Notes: a model not told the origin generated them from the letters alone. DNA of 34,974 bases from Candidatus Arcticimaribacter sp. (GCA_011526275.1 WTJP01000115.1:1-34974); one strand, 5' to 3'; shown: positions 17,892 through 28,216, numbered from the stretch's first letter. Numbers and translations are program-made.

Positions 17892-18533
17892 ATGAAGATT
17901 CGATTTCCACACATTACTTTACAAAGCGCAGCCCTAATCATTTTACTGGTTTTAGGGGTTGATCAGGCTTCGAAGTTTTACATCAAGCTCAACTATCCTT
18001 TATCGGTCTATGGGCAAGCTGCCATTGTGGACTGGGGCTTTTTTAAACTCCTTTTTATCGAAAACAAGGGCATGGCTTGGGGGACCAAGATCAATGATAT
18101 TCTTCCTTTTTTAAGTGAAGACGTGGCCAAACTGATGCTCACCTTGTTCCGACTGGTGGCCATCGGTTATTTAGGCTTTTGGCTGTATTCCATTTTAAAG
18201 CGTCAAAGTGCTCCGGCTTTACGCTTAGCTTTATCACTCATTTTTGCAGGAGCCATTGGTAACCTCATTGATTCGCTGTTCTATGGCGTTATTTTCTCCC
18301 ACAGCTATGGACAAGTAGCTACCCTTTTCCCTGAAGAAGGCTATGCAGGCTTTTTCTACGGCCATGTAGTTGACATGTTGCAATTTCCTTTGGCGACTTG
18401 GACCTGGCCCAAATGGCTTCCAGGTATAGGCGGGCAAAGCTATACTTTCTTTGAATATGTCTTCAATGTCGCCGACGCCGCGATTAGTACAGGTGTGGCC
18501 ATTTTACTTTTCTTCAACAAAAGAATTTTTTAA
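17892..18533 (+). CDS. lspA: Lipoprotein signal peptidase (SPase II)
   Basis: DQASK, NKGMAWG, GAIGNLID, GHVVDM, FNVAD; ATG 17892 preferred over TTG 17874. Confidence 0.96.
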   Translation: MKIRFPHITLQSAALIILLVLGVDQASKFYIKLNYPLSVYGQAAIVDWGFFKLLFIENKGMAWGTKINDILPFLSEDVAKLMLTLFRLVAIGYLGFWLYSILKRQSAPALRLALSLIFAGAIGNLIDSLFYGVIFSHSYGQVATLFPEEGYAGFFYGHVVDMLQFPLATWTWPKWLPGIGGQSYTFFEYVFNVADAAISTGVAILLFFNKRIF

Positions 18534-19090
18534 TTAAACCGATAAACCTTGGTTGGACTAATGCAATAGTCTAAAGGGATGTCGTTTTCTTCAGCGGGTA
18601 AATGCTCCTCTGGAGGGAAAAAGGAGAGCCCAATTTTTAGGCATGCCTTTGAACAACCCGCTAAAAAACGGTCGTAATATCCCTTCCCATAACCAATTCT
18701 GTTTCCCCTTTTGTCGTACGCCAATAAAGGAACAAAGACCACTTCTAGGGTGTTTACGGGAACTTCTAGCCCTCCCACCGGTTCAGGGATTCCCCAAGCG
18801 TTGGGTCGAATCAGGGTTGCATCGGTCAACAAAATATGCGCTAGACTGTTCTCGGCTTCCATGCGGGGAATAACAACCTGCTTGTCTTTGCCTTGCAAAA
18901 GGGTTAATATCGCTTCAGTGTCCACTTCATTGTGGTGCGCACTGCGCATAAACAAGTGAAAATAGGTTTTCTCCCAAAGGGGTAATTCGAGTAGTCGATT
19001 GGTAATGGACAAACTCAATTCGAGCTGCTCTTCTTCCGATAAAGCGGCACGTAATTTTTTGTAGTGTTGGCGTAGGGTATTTTTGTCCAT
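18530..19090 (-). CDS. 5-formyltetrahydrofolate cyclo-ligase
   Basis: MDK..LR start, WGIPEP, VFVPLLAYD..GNRIGYGKGYYDRFL, DIPLD; ATG 19090 preferred over 19111. Confidence 0.94.
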   Translation of the reverse strand: MDKNTLRQHYKKLRAALSEEEQLELSLSITNRLLELPLWEKTYFHLFMRSAHHNEVDTEAILTLLQGKDKQVVIPRMEAENSLAHILLTDATLIRPNAWGIPEPVGGLEVPVNTLEVVFVPLLAYDKRGNRIGYGKGYYDRFLAGCSKACLKIGLSFFPPEEHLPAEENDIPLDYCISPTKVYRFN

Positions 19091-19147
19091 TGCTTGGCAG
19101 CTGCTACACAAAGAAAAGCATTATTTTTGGCTTAGAAGCTTTGTCGC

Positions 19148-20944
19148 ATGGAACACGCCGATCTTTCCGTTCAACTGAAAACCCTCCCCGATAGCCCGGG
19201 GGTTTATCAGTATTACGATACCAAAGGAAACATCATTTATGTAGGGAAAGCCAAAAACCTCAAAAAACGGGTCAACTCCTATTTTACCAAAACCCACGAC
19301 AACCACCGCACCCGCTTGTTGGTGCGCAACATTGTGAACATTGAACACATCGTGGTGGAAAGCGAAATGGACGCTTTGCTGCTGGAGAACAACCTCATCA
19401 AAAAACACAAGCCCCGTTATAATGTTCTGCTGAAAGACGATAAAACCTACCCCTGGATTTGCATCAAAAAAGAGCGTTTCCCGCGCATCTTTGCTACCCG
19501 AAAAATCATCAAAGACGGTTCGGAGTACTTTGGCCCTTACACCAGTATGAAAACGGTGCGCACCTTGTTGGACCTCATCAAAGGCCTCTACCCATTGCGC
19601 ACTTGTAACTATGACCTTTCGGCTGAAAAAATAGCCGCAGACAAATACAAGGTTTGTTTAGAATACCACTTGGGGAATTGCCTCGCACCTTGTGTAGATA
19701 AAATTAGCGCCGAAGACTACGACGAAAACATCAAAGCCATTCGCGCCATCATCAAAGGAAATTTTAAAGACTCTTTGCAGCAGTTTAAACTTCAAATGCA
19801 AAAGCATGCCGAAAACATGGCCTTTGAAGAAGCGCAAAAAATAAAAGAGAAGCTCGATATCCTGCAGAATTATCAAGCGAAATCGACCATTGTTAACCCC
19901 AAGATTTCCAATGTCGATGTCTTTTCGATCATTACCGATGAGGCCTATGGTTATGTAAATTTCTTGCAGCTCTCCTACGGCTCCATTATTCGTTCCCACA
20001 CCATCGAAATCAAAAAGAAATTAGACGAGACTCCCGAAGCCTTACTGCAGTTGGCCATTGTGGAAATTCGTCAGCGTTTTCACTCCCAATCGCCGGAGGT
20101 GTATTTGCCTTTTGCCGTGGATTTAGGGGATAAAATTAAGGTGACCATTCCGCAATTGGGCGATAAAAAACACCTGGTCGACTTGTCTGAACGCAATGCG
20201 AAGTACTTCCGTATGGAGCGGTTTAAGCAAATGCAAATTGTCGACCCCGATCGACACACCAACCGCTTAATGACCCAAATGAAAGCCGATCTTCGCTTAC
20301 ACGAAGAACCGCGACATATTGAGTGTTTTGACAACTCCAACCTACAAGGCTCTAATCCGGTAGCAGCCTGCGTGGTGTTTCGCGATGGGAAACCCTACAA
20401 AAAAGACTATCGCCACTACAACATTAAAACAGTAGTAGGCCCCGATGACTTTGCCTCTATGGAAGAAGTGGTCTATCGCCGTTATAAACGTCTTCAGGAA
20501 GAGGGAGAATCGCTGCCGCAGCTCATCATCATCGACGGGGGGAAAGGACAGCTTTCTTCCGCTTTAAAAAGTCTAGACCGTTTAGGCCTACGCGGGAAAA
20601 TTGCCATCGTTGGTATCGCCAAACGCTTGGAGGAAATCTACTTCCCCCAAGACCCTATTCCGCTTTATCTGGATAAAAAATCAGAAAGCTTAAAGGTGAT
20701 TCAATACCTTAGAAACGAAGCCCACCGCTTTGGAATTACCTTCCACCGCAACAAACGCAGCAAAGGCGCGATTCGTTCAGGACTAGACGCCATTCCGGGG
20801 GTAGGGCCAAAGACAAAAGAAAATCTGCTGAAAAAATTTAAGTCCTTTAAGCGCATCAAGGCTGCTCCCATAGAAGATTTAATTGCACTTCTAGGCGAGA
20901 AAAAAGGGAAACAACTGCACGAGCACCTGCATTCCAACGCTTAA
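19148..20944 (+). CDS. uvrC: Excinuclease ABC subunit C
   Basis: GIY-YIG region (PGVYQY..IIYVGKAKNLKKRV), IECFDNS, IIDGGKGQ, RNEAHRF, HhH IPGVG. Confidence 0.98.
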   Translation: MEHADLSVQLKTLPDSPGVYQYYDTKGNIIYVGKAKNLKKRVNSYFTKTHDNHRTRLLVRNIVNIEHIVVESEMDALLLENNLIKKHKPRYNVLLKDDKTYPWICIKKERFPRIFATRKIIKDGSEYFGPYTSMKTVRTLLDLIKGLYPLRTCNYDLSAEKIAADKYKVCLEYHLGNCLAPCVDKISAEDYDENIKAIRAIIKGNFKDSLQQFKLQMQKHAENMAFEEAQKIKEKLDILQNYQAKSTIVNPKISNVDVFSIITDEAYGYVNFLQLSYGSIIRSHTIEIKKKLDETPEALLQLAIVEIRQRFHSQSPEVYLPFAVDLGDKIKVTIPQLGDKKHLVDLSERNAKYFRMERFKQMQIVDPDRHTNRLMTQMKADLRLHEEPRHIECFDNSNLQGSNPVAACVVFRDGKPYKKDYRHYNIKTVVGPDDFASMEEVVYRRYKRLQEEGESLPQLIIIDGGKGQLSSALKSLDRLGLRGKIAIVGIAKRLEEIYFPQDPIPLYLDKKSESLKVIQYLRNEAHRFGITFHRNKRSKGAIRSGLDAIPGVGPKTKENLLKKFKSFKRIKAAPIEDLIALLGEKKGKQLHEHLHSNA

Positions 20945-20960
20945 GCGTTAATTAATATAT

Positions 20961-20989
20961 AAAGCGCAGGAGGGCTGCAGGCTTTTTTA
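20961..20989 (+). terminator. Possible weak intrinsic terminator after uvrC
   Basis: AAAGC-GCAG-gaggg-CTGC-ag-GCTTT followed by a T run; imperfect stem. Confidence 0.3.
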
Positions 20990-21001
20990 TAAATTGCTCT
21001 C

Positions 21002-21817
21002 ATGAAGCTAAATATCACCCGCTTACTACTCGTTTTCTTGTGCTGTTTTGGATGGAACAGTATCCACGGACAAGGCCGTGATTTAAAACCGCAAAGCGAG
21101 GCTCAAAACGCTTTTAAAGACGGAGAATGGTTTGAGTTTAGAATCCACTACGGCGTCTTCAACGCCAGCCGTATTAGTTTAGGAATCACCGCCGATACCC
21201 TAGATCAAGTACCCGTTTTTCACGCCAAAGGTTATGGGCGAACCACTGGTTTAGCCCGCCTATTTTTTAAGGTAGAAGATCATTATCAATCCTACTTTGG
21301 GCAAGAAGACGGCCTGCCCCGCTGGTTTCTGCGCGACATAGACGAAGGTGGATACACCAAAGACCTCGAAATCTTTTTCAATCACAACACAGGAAAAGCG
21401 GTGGTAAAAGACAAGAAAAAGAAAGCCACCAGCGAACACCCCATCAATGAAAACGTACAAGATCTAATTTCGGCTTTCTACTATTTGCGGAATTTCTATG
21501 ATACCTCGAACATTAAAACAGGAGAAGCCATTGAACTCAATATGTTTTTCGATCAAGAGAACTATTTGTTTAAGTTGCGCTTCCTTGGGCGAGAGACCAT
21601 CGATACTGCTTTCGGGAAAGTGCGTTGTTTAAAACTTCGCCCGTTAGTGCAAAGTGGTCGCGTGTTTAGCGAACAAGAAAGTGTGACCCTTTGGGTGAGC
21701 GACGACGCCAATAAAATCCCCGTTAAAATGCGCGCCGACTTGCGGGTGGGTTCCATCGACTGTGACTTGGAAAACTTTAAAAACTTGCAGCATCCTTTTG
21801 AAATTGTACTCAATTAA
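21002..21817 (+). CDS. DUF3108-family secreted protein
   Basis: Signal peptide ending IHG|Q; AF..GEWFEFRIHYG, QDLISAFYYLR, LWVSDDANKIPVK. Confidence 0.8.
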   Translation: MKLNITRLLLVFLCCFGWNSIHGQGRDLKPQSEAQNAFKDGEWFEFRIHYGVFNASRISLGITADTLDQVPVFHAKGYGRTTGLARLFFKVEDHYQSYFGQEDGLPRWFLRDIDEGGYTKDLEIFFNHNTGKAVVKDKKKKATSEHPINENVQDLISAFYYLRNFYDTSNIKTGEAIELNMFFDQENYLFKLRFLGRETIDTAFGKVRCLKLRPLVQSGRVFSEQESVTLWVSDDANKIPVKMRADLRVGSIDCDLENFKNLQHPFEIVLN

Positions 21818-21881
21818 TGTTGTTGATAAATGCTCTTTTTTGCCCTCGATTCACCCTAAAATCTTTCCGAAATTTGTACTC

Positions 21882-23153
21882 ATGAAACGAACTTCCCTTT
21901 CGTATGCCATTTTAATCTTCAGCGCCTTGCTTCTACTGCTTTCATGCGGTGAAGAAACGGAAACCCCACCAGTAGAAGCGCCCGAGCCTGAAGTGGTCGT
22001 TGAACCCGACATGCGCTACGGTTACGACTTTAATCAATATGAAGCCAAACAACTCAAAATAAAACGCGGCGATACTTTTGGTGCCATCCTAGAACGCAAC
22101 GGAATCGATTACCCCGAGGTGTATACTATTTTACAAGCCATCAAAGGGAAAGTGAGCGTGCGTAAACTGCAAATTGGAAAACCCTACACCTTGTTGTTTT
22201 CCAAAGACAGTGTGCCCACCCCAAAGGCCTTCATCTATCACCCCGATGCTTTGGGCTACAGTGTCATTCAACTGCGCGACAGCATCTACGGGAAGCAGGT
22301 CAACAAACCCATTCGAACGGTTGAGCTAGAAGCGACAGGCGTCATTCAAAGTTCGTTGTATGAAACCATGCTCAACAGTGGATACAACAGCATGCTCACC
22401 TACTTTATGGCCGATGTCTATGCTTGGACCATTGACTTTACCCGCCTAGACAAAGGGGATCGATTTAAAGTAATTTACACCGAAAAGTTTGTCGACGACA
22501 GCATTTCAGTAGGGATAGAAAAAATCAAAGCAGCTTATTTCGAGCACCGTGGAAAAGGATTGTATGCCTATGAGTTTGAAACCGACAGTATTAAAGGCAT
22601 AGTCGATTATTTCGACGACCAAGCGAAAAACTTACGCCGTGCTTTTCTCAAAGCGCCTGTTAAATTTAGTCGGATCTCCTCCCGCTACAACTTAAAGCGA
22701 AAGATTGCCTACTACGGGCGAGTTAAACCGCACCGCGGAACAGATTATGCTGCTCCGGTGGGTACGCCCATCATGGCCACGGCCAACGGAAGAGTGACCA
22801 AGGCAAGTTATACCCGTGGGAACGGAAACTACGTCAAGATTAAACACAACAACACCTACTCTACCCAGTATTTACACATGAAGCGCCGAAAAGTAAAAGT
22901 AGGCCAATACGTCAAACAAGGCGATGTGATTGGCTGGGTGGGCATGACCGGAAACACCTCGGGCCCACACGTGTGCTACCGCTTTTGGAAAAACGGCCGC
23001 CAAGTAGATCCATTCAAACAAAAGCTACCCCAAGCTAAACCCATTTCTAAGGAACTCAAAACCCGCTTTTTTGACCACATTAAAGAAACCGAACAACAGC
23101 TGAACTGTCTCTCTTTTGAAGAAGAAAAGACGCCAATGCTTGCAATGAATTGA
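21882..23153 (+). CDS. M23 peptidoglycan DD-metalloendopeptidase (lipoprotein)
   Basis: Lipobox LLLS-C; HRGTD (HxxxD), [14 protein letters not shown]; ATG 21882 gives a clean signal peptide. Confidence 0.9.
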   Translation: MKRTSLSYAILIFSALLLLLSCGEETETPPVEAPEPEVVVEPDMRYGYDFNQYEAKQLKIKRGDTFGAILERNGIDYPEVYTILQAIKGKVSVRKLQIGKPYTLLFSKDSVPTPKAFIYHPDALGYSVIQLRDSIYGKQVNKPIRTVELEATGVIQSSLYETMLNSGYNSMLTYFMADVYAWTIDFTRLDKGDRFKVIYTEKFVDDSISVGIEKIKAAYFEHRGKGLYAYEFETDSIKGIVDYFDDQAKNLRRAFLKAPVKFSRISSRYNLKRKIAYYGRVKPHRGTDYAAPVGTPIMATANGRVTKASYTRGNGNYVKIKHNNTYSTQYLHMKRRKVKVGQYVKQGDVIGWVGMTGNTSGPHVCYRFWKNGRQVDPFKQKLPQAKPISKELKTRFFDHIKETEQQLNCLSFEEEKTPMLAMN

Positions 23154-23155
23154 TT

Positions 23156-24793
23156 ATGACATTACCCAAGATTAACCCAACCACCACTTCCAGTTGGAAA
23201 AAACTTCAAGACCACTTTCAAAACGAAAAAAACAACCGCATCCAAGATCACTTTCAAAACGACCCCAATCGTTTTGAGCAGTTTTCCATTCAATGGGAAG
23301 ATTTTTTGGTGGATTTTTCTAAAAACCGCCTGAGTAAAGAGACCTTAACTTTACTTGAAGAGCTCGCTCATGAAGTTGATTTAAAGGGCGCCATGGAAGC
23401 TTATTTTGGTGGAGAAGCCATCAACCAAACTGAAGGGCGTGCAGTGCTGCACACCGCACTTCGTGCTCCTGAAACTGCACAAATTTATACCGACGGTCTC
23501 GATGTGGTGCCCGAAGTTCACGCTATAAAAGCAAAGATTCGCTCGTTCTGCGATGCCGTTATTAACGGAGAACACAAAGGCTACACCGGGAAAGCGATTA
23601 CCCATGTGGTGAATATCGGAATTGGTGGGTCAGACCTTGGTCCTGCCATGGTTACCGAGGCCTTGGCTTATTACAAAAACCACCTCAACGTACAGTTTGT
23701 TTCCAATGTGGAAGGAGACCATGTACGAGAAGTAATAAAAACATTGGACCCTGAAACGACCTTATTCGTTATCGTTTCCAAAACCTTTACCACACAAGAA
23801 ACCCTAAGCAATGCCACCACCATTCGCCAGTGGTTCCTCACCCATGCGCCTGAAGATGCCGTAGCGCAACATTTTGTGGCAGTATCGACCAACTTGGAAA
23901 AAATCGCTGAGTTTGGAATCCACCCCGACAATGTTTTCCCTATGAAAGACTGGGTGGGCGGACGTTTTTCGCTGTGGAGTGCTGTGGGCTTAAGCATAGC
24001 ATTAGCCGTTGGCCCCGATCATTTCGATGCCCTATTAGCCGGAGCACATAAAATGGACGAGCATTTTAAATCGGCTGATTTTCAAGAAAACATTCCTGTT
24101 GTACTCGCATTGATTAGCGTTTGGTACAACAACTTTTGGGAAGCCGAGAGTGAAGCCATCATTCCCTACACCCAATACCTAAGAAACCTTCCGGCCTATT
24201 TACAGCAAGGCATTATGGAGAGTAACGGAAAAGGAGTGGACCGCAACGGCGAAACCATCGACTACCAAACCGGAACCATTATTTGGGGAGGGTCGGGAAC
24301 TAACGCTCAACACGCCTTTTTCCAGCACATTCACCAAGGCACCAAACTCATTCCGGCCGACTTTATCGGGTTCAAGACGTCCCTTTATGGCGAAGAAGAA
24401 CACCAAAACAAACTCATGGCGAACTTCATCGCTCAAACCGAAGCCTTGATGCGTGGGAAAACCCATGCTGAGGCCGAAAGTGAGTTGAAAAGCAAAGGGC
24501 TTGCTCAAAACGAAATCGACACCTTGACCCCTTTTAAAGTGTTTGAAGGAAACCAACCTACCAACACTTTGTTGATTGACGCCTTAACCCCTGAAAGTGT
24601 GGGGAAACTCATTGCCATGTATGAACAAAAGATCTTTGTTCAAGGAATACTGTGGAATATTTTCAGCTATGACCAATGGGGTGTAGAGCTTGGGAAACAA
24701 CTAGCCAACACCATTCTCAACGATTTAACGGGAGATGAAATAGCAGCACACGACGCTTCTACCACAGCATTGCTATCGCACTTAAAGAAGTAA
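23156..24793 (+). CDS. pgi: Glucose-6-phosphate isomerase
   Basis: [50 protein letters not shown]. Confidence 0.98.
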   Translation: MTLPKINPTTTSSWKKLQDHFQNEKNNRIQDHFQNDPNRFEQFSIQWEDFLVDFSKNRLSKETLTLLEELAHEVDLKGAMEAYFGGEAINQTEGRAVLHTALRAPETAQIYTDGLDVVPEVHAIKAKIRSFCDAVINGEHKGYTGKAITHVVNIGIGGSDLGPAMVTEALAYYKNHLNVQFVSNVEGDHVREVIKTLDPETTLFVIVSKTFTTQETLSNATTIRQWFLTHAPEDAVAQHFVAVSTNLEKIAEFGIHPDNVFPMKDWVGGRFSLWSAVGLSIALAVGPDHFDALLAGAHKMDEHFKSADFQENIPVVLALISVWYNNFWEAESEAIIPYTQYLRNLPAYLQQGIMESNGKGVDRNGETIDYQTGTIIWGGSGTNAQHAFFQHIHQGTKLIPADFIGFKTSLYGEEEHQNKLMANFIAQTEALMRGKTHAEAESELKSKGLAQNEIDTLTPFKVFEGNQPTNTLLIDALTPESVGKLIAMYEQKIFVQGILWNIFSYDQWGVELGKQLANTILNDLTGDEIAAHDASTTALLSHLKK

Positions 24794-24803
24794 TTGAGGG
24801 AGT

Positions 24804-26489
24804 TTAAAACTTGATGTCCTTTATCCGCAGTTGTAGGGAAATGTTTCCGTTCCACTCGTTTTCGTCTAGGGTATAGAGCAGTTCAAAGGGCGCACCAGAT
24901 TGGATGGCTTGGTAATGTTCTGCAAGGCCAAAACCTATCCCCACAAGTTTGCCTTTTTTAGTTGCAACGGAAAGGCGTAAATGACTTTGATCTTTTCCCA
25001 CCACGCGACTTTCGCCACTGTCATAGCAATTCGCACTGTGAAACACAGGACGCATGTTCTGCGGCCCAAAAGGAGCCATTTGTTCGACAATGCGATAAAG
25101 TTTGTGATCGACCGCATTGATGTCTATGGACAGGTCATATTTTAAAACCGCTTCTTTCTGTTCGGGTAAAATGCGGCTCGCCACAGCCTTTTCAAAGGCT
25201 TGTTTAAAATCGTCTAACTGTGTTCCCGCTAGGGTAAGACCAGCAGCGTATTTGTGCCCTCCAAACTGTATCATATATTCGGAACAGGCGTCCAAGGCTT
25301 CATATACATTAAAGCCTTTTACGGAACGCACCGAACCTACATAATTTTCACCCGATCGAGTGAGTACCACTGTTGGGCGGTAATGTGTTTCTGTCAAGCG
25401 AGAAGCAACAATCCCCAAAACGCCTTTATGCCAATCGTCGTGAAAGACCACAGTCGCCGGATGGTTTTCTTCTCCTCTTTCCTCAATTTGGGCAAGCGCT
25501 TCTTTGGTGATGCGTTCATCGGTTGCCCTGCGTTCGGTATTAAAATTTTCTATGGCCTCACCAATGGTTTTGACATTGGTAGGGGAGTCACTAAGGAGTA
25601 ATTGAGCTGCGGTTAGGGCGTGGTCCATCCGCCCAGCCGCATTAATGCGTGGAGCGACTTTAAAGACCAAATCGGTCACTGTAAGCGGTTTTTTCAATTG
25701 CTCGATAAAGCCTTTGATGCCTAATCGCGGAGCTTCGCGCAATTGCTTCACCCCAAAATAACACAGGCTGCGGTTTTCCCCAACCATGGGAACGATATCA
25801 GCGGCGATTGCTGTGGCTACCAAATCGAGGTAAGGGTAAAGGGTGTCATCGCTTTTGCCTTGTTTTTGGTGAAGAGCCTGAATGAGCTTAAAGCCTATTC
25901 CACAGCCGCAAAGTTCGTCGAAAGGATAGGAACAGTCGGAACGTTTTGGGTCGAGTACTGCTACTGCATCGGGGAGTTCCGCTCCGGGTAAGTGGTGGTC
26001 ACAAATAATGAAATCAATCCCCTTTGCTTTGGCATAGGCTACTTTTTCTACAGCTTTGATTCCACAATCTAAAGCAATAATTAGGCTGATCCCTTCTTCT
26101 TCTGCTTTGTCGATACCGCGGTAGGAAATGCCATAGCCTTCAGTATATCGGTCTGGAATATAAGGGGTAACCTTGGTTGTGGTTTCTTTGAGATAAGAAG
26201 TCATTAAGGCTACGGATGTTGTCCCATCGACATCGTAATCCCCATAAACCATAATATTTTCTTGCCTTTCCCATGCCTGTTCAATGCGGGCAACGGCTTT
26301 GTCCATGTCGCGCATCAAAAAAGGATCGTGCAAATGCTTCCACTGTGGACGGAAAAAGTGCTTGGCGGTATCGAAGTCTTCAATCCCCCGCTGAGCGAGT
26401 AATTTGGCCACCACAGCAGTCACGCCTAATTGCTGCTGCAATTGCTTTACCCCTTCTTGATTTGGCTCTATAATGGCTTCCCAGCGCAT
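24804..26489 (-). CDS. recJ: Single-stranded-DNA-specific exonuclease RecJ
   Basis: YGDYDVDG, DCG, DHH, PRINAAGR, GGHKYAAG, PFGPQN. Confidence 0.97.
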   Translation of the reverse strand: MRWEAIIEPNQEGVKQLQQQLGVTAVVAKLLAQRGIEDFDTAKHFFRPQWKHLHDPFLMRDMDKAVARIEQAWERQENIMVYGDYDVDGTTSVALMTSYLKETTTKVTPYIPDRYTEGYGISYRGIDKAEEEGISLIIALDCGIKAVEKVAYAKAKGIDFIICDHHLPGAELPDAVAVLDPKRSDCSYPFDELCGCGIGFKLIQALHQKQGKSDDTLYPYLDLVATAIAADIVPMVGENRSLCYFGVKQLREAPRLGIKGFIEQLKKPLTVTDLVFKVAPRINAAGRMDHALTAAQLLLSDSPTNVKTIGEAIENFNTERRATDERITKEALAQIEERGEENHPATVVFHDDWHKGVLGIVASRLTETHYRPTVVLTRSGENYVGSVRSVKGFNVYEALDACSEYMIQFGGHKYAAGLTLAGTQLDDFKQAFEKAVASRILPEQKEAVLKYDLSIDINAVDHKLYRIVEQMAPFGPQNMRPVFHSANCYDSGESRVVGKDQSHLRLSVATKKGKLVGIGFGLAEHYQAIQSGAPFELLYTLDENEWNGNISLQLRIKDIKF

Positions 26490-26491
26490 GT

Positions 26492-27169
26492 TTATTTCTT
26501 AGGTTTTCCGCTTAGGCACAACACAAATTCCCCTTTGGGTGCTTTTTGGTTGAAATGGGCAATGGCCGCTGCAAGGGTCCCCCGAAAGGTCTCCTCGTGA
26601 AGTTTCGTCAATTCTCTAGAAATGGAGATTTGACGCTCCTCGCCACACAAGGTTTGCAATTGTGTTAATGTCTTGAGTAGTTTGTGTGGAGACTCATAAA
26701 GAATGGTCGTGCGTTCTTCTTCGGCAATTTTCTCTAAACGGCTTTGTCTTCCTTTCTTAGGAGGTAAAAAGGCTTCAAAAACAAAGCGGTCGTTGGGCAA
26801 GCCGCTTTGCACTAAGGCAGGAACAAAGGCAGTTGCACCGGGCAAACACTCTACAGCAATATCATTGGCTAAGGCTTCACGCACAAGTAAAAACCCCGGA
26901 TCGGAAATGGCTGGTGTGCCGGCATCGGAAATGACCGCAATGGATTTGCCTAGTCCCAATTGCTGAATGATGTGGGGCAAGGTCGAATGCTCGTTGTGCA
27001 TATGATGACTTTGCAGCGGGGTACTGATCTCGTAGTGCTGCAACAATTTTTTACTGGTCCGGGTGTCTTCTGCCAAAATTAAATCCACAGCTTCCAATAC
27101 CTCTAGCGCACGAAGGCTTATGTCTTTAAGGTTCCCAATAGGGGTTGGAACAAGGTAGAGTTTGGCCAT
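26492..27169 (-). CDS. rsmI: 16S rRNA (cytidine1402-2'-O)-methyltransferase
   Basis: LYLVPTPIGNL.D, AEDTR, SDAGTPAISDPG, YESPH, RELTKLHEE, KGEF. Confidence 0.97.
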   Translation of the reverse strand: MAKLYLVPTPIGNLKDISLRALEVLEAVDLILAEDTRTSKKLLQHYEISTPLQSHHMHNEHSTLPHIIQQLGLGKSIAVISDAGTPAISDPGFLLVREALANDIAVECLPGATAFVPALVQSGLPNDRFVFEAFLPPKKGRQSRLEKIAEEERTTILYESPHKLLKTLTQLQTLCGEERQISISRELTKLHEETFRGTLAAAIAHFNQKAPKGEFVLCLSGKPKK

Positions 27170-27526
27170 TTATGTGCGTACCTGATCTTTGTAATAATAG
27201 GAAACAAACAAGAGTGTAATGGGTACTAAAACGCCCCATTGTTCGCCGTCGTTAATCATGTAGTGCGCCATAAAGGCAAGCAAGAAATCATAAAACAGTC
27301 CAGCATAGGCCCAGTCGGTCAATCGCTTGAAACGGTTGTTCAAGATGGTCCCTACGGCCAAAAGTTTAGCAATACTAACGAACGTAATTAAATAGGTGGG
27401 GTAGCCCAATTTGGCATACTCTTCCATAGGGTGTTCGTTGTCGATGAATGGGACAATCCCACTGATAAGCATGGCGACACACAATAAAAGGGTCGTCGCC
27501 CAATAGAGAATTCGTTTGGTTTTCAT
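27170..27526 (-). CDS. DoxX-like family membrane protein
   Basis: About 118 aa with 4 TM helices; ILYWATT, LGYP.Y, AKL and WAYAG motifs; ATG 27526 avoids overlap with the upstream gene. Confidence 0.8.
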   Translation of the reverse strand: MKTKRILYWATTLLLCVAMLISGIVPFIDNEHPMEEYAKLGYPTYLITFVSIAKLLAVGTILNNRFKRLTDWAYAGLFYDFLLAFMAHYMINDGEQWGVLVPITLLFVSYYYKDQVRT

Positions 27527-27536
27527 TTGTTTAATT

Positions 27537-28133
27537 TTAAAAATTAGACTCAAGGCATTTGAGGAAACGAAGCTCAAAGGCTTCTTTCCCTTCCCAATGG
27601 TTGTAATCGGGTTTAATCATGTTTTCGATAAAGAGGTGGGCTTCGTCCCAAGACCCAAGGGTTTGTACTTGTGAAATGACGCGTTGGAAATCTTCGGCGC
27701 TTCCGTCAAAAAGATTTTTGATGAAGGCCAAGCGATCGTTGAGGCCAATCTGTATGCCTTTGCCCAAGACATCGTTCAGGTTTCGCGGTGCTTCCGCTTC
27801 TTGTGAAGGAGTGGCGATGGGTTCTTGTTGAACTTCGGCTTCTTTCTTTACAAAAACAGGCTCGGCTACCGAGGCGAATAAATCGTCTATGGCTGCCGAC
27901 TCTTCCTCCAGAGGAAGTTCAGTAACTAATTCATTGATGGTGTCCATCAAGGGTGGAACTTCTGCGGGCTGCTCTTCTTGCACTTTTGCCTGCCCTTCCA
28001 AATGCTCCAATAGAATCAACTGTTTGTAGAGCTGCTGTACCTGTTGCAAAAGAGCAGTGGCATTGGCAGTGTCTTTTTGCGCTAAAATCTCGTGGGCAAG
28101 GCGCTCGAGTTCTTTTTTTATGGGATTAAGCAT
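27537..28133 (-). CDS. Conserved hypothetical protein (acidic linker, conserved-looking C-terminal helical domain)
   Basis: 198 aa; C-terminal IGLNDR.AF.K.LF.G...F.RV.SQ motif recalled from Flavobacteria proteins next to tdk/rsmI. Confidence 0.75.
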   Translation of the reverse strand: MLNPIKKELERLAHEILAQKDTANATALLQQVQQLYKQLILLEHLEGQAKVQEEQPAEVPPLMDTINELVTELPLEEESAAIDDLFASVAEPVFVKKEAEVQQEPIATPSQEAEAPRNLNDVLGKGIQIGLNDRLAFIKNLFDGSAEDFQRVISQVQTLGSWDEAHLFIENMIKPDYNHWEGKEAFELRFLKCLESNF

Positions 28134-28163
28134 AGAACGATTCTTAAGAACAAATTGTTTTGA

Positions 28164-28171
28164 TACCTTTG
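28164..28171 (+). promoter_or_regulatory. -7 element (TACCTTTG) for tdk-alr
   Basis: Exact TAnnTTTG match 45 nt upstream of ATG 28217. Confidence 0.6.
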
Positions 28172-28216
28172 TTAGAAGGCCTTGGGGAATGTCCCCTTTT
28201 GGGTGAAATTACAAAA

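Noticed and set aside
19121-19408. 95-aa minus-strand ORF upstream of the 5-FTHF cyclo-ligase
   Set aside because: Almost wholly antisense to the conserved uvrC GIY-YIG domain
21762-21881. Apparent DUF3108/M23 overlap
   Set aside because: Artefact of longest-ORF calling; ATG 21882 gives the lipoprotein signal
6850-26489. DNA-repair island (radA, recO, uvrC, recJ)
   Set aside because: The genes are scattered among unrelated housekeeping genes in different transcription units, with no shared operator seen
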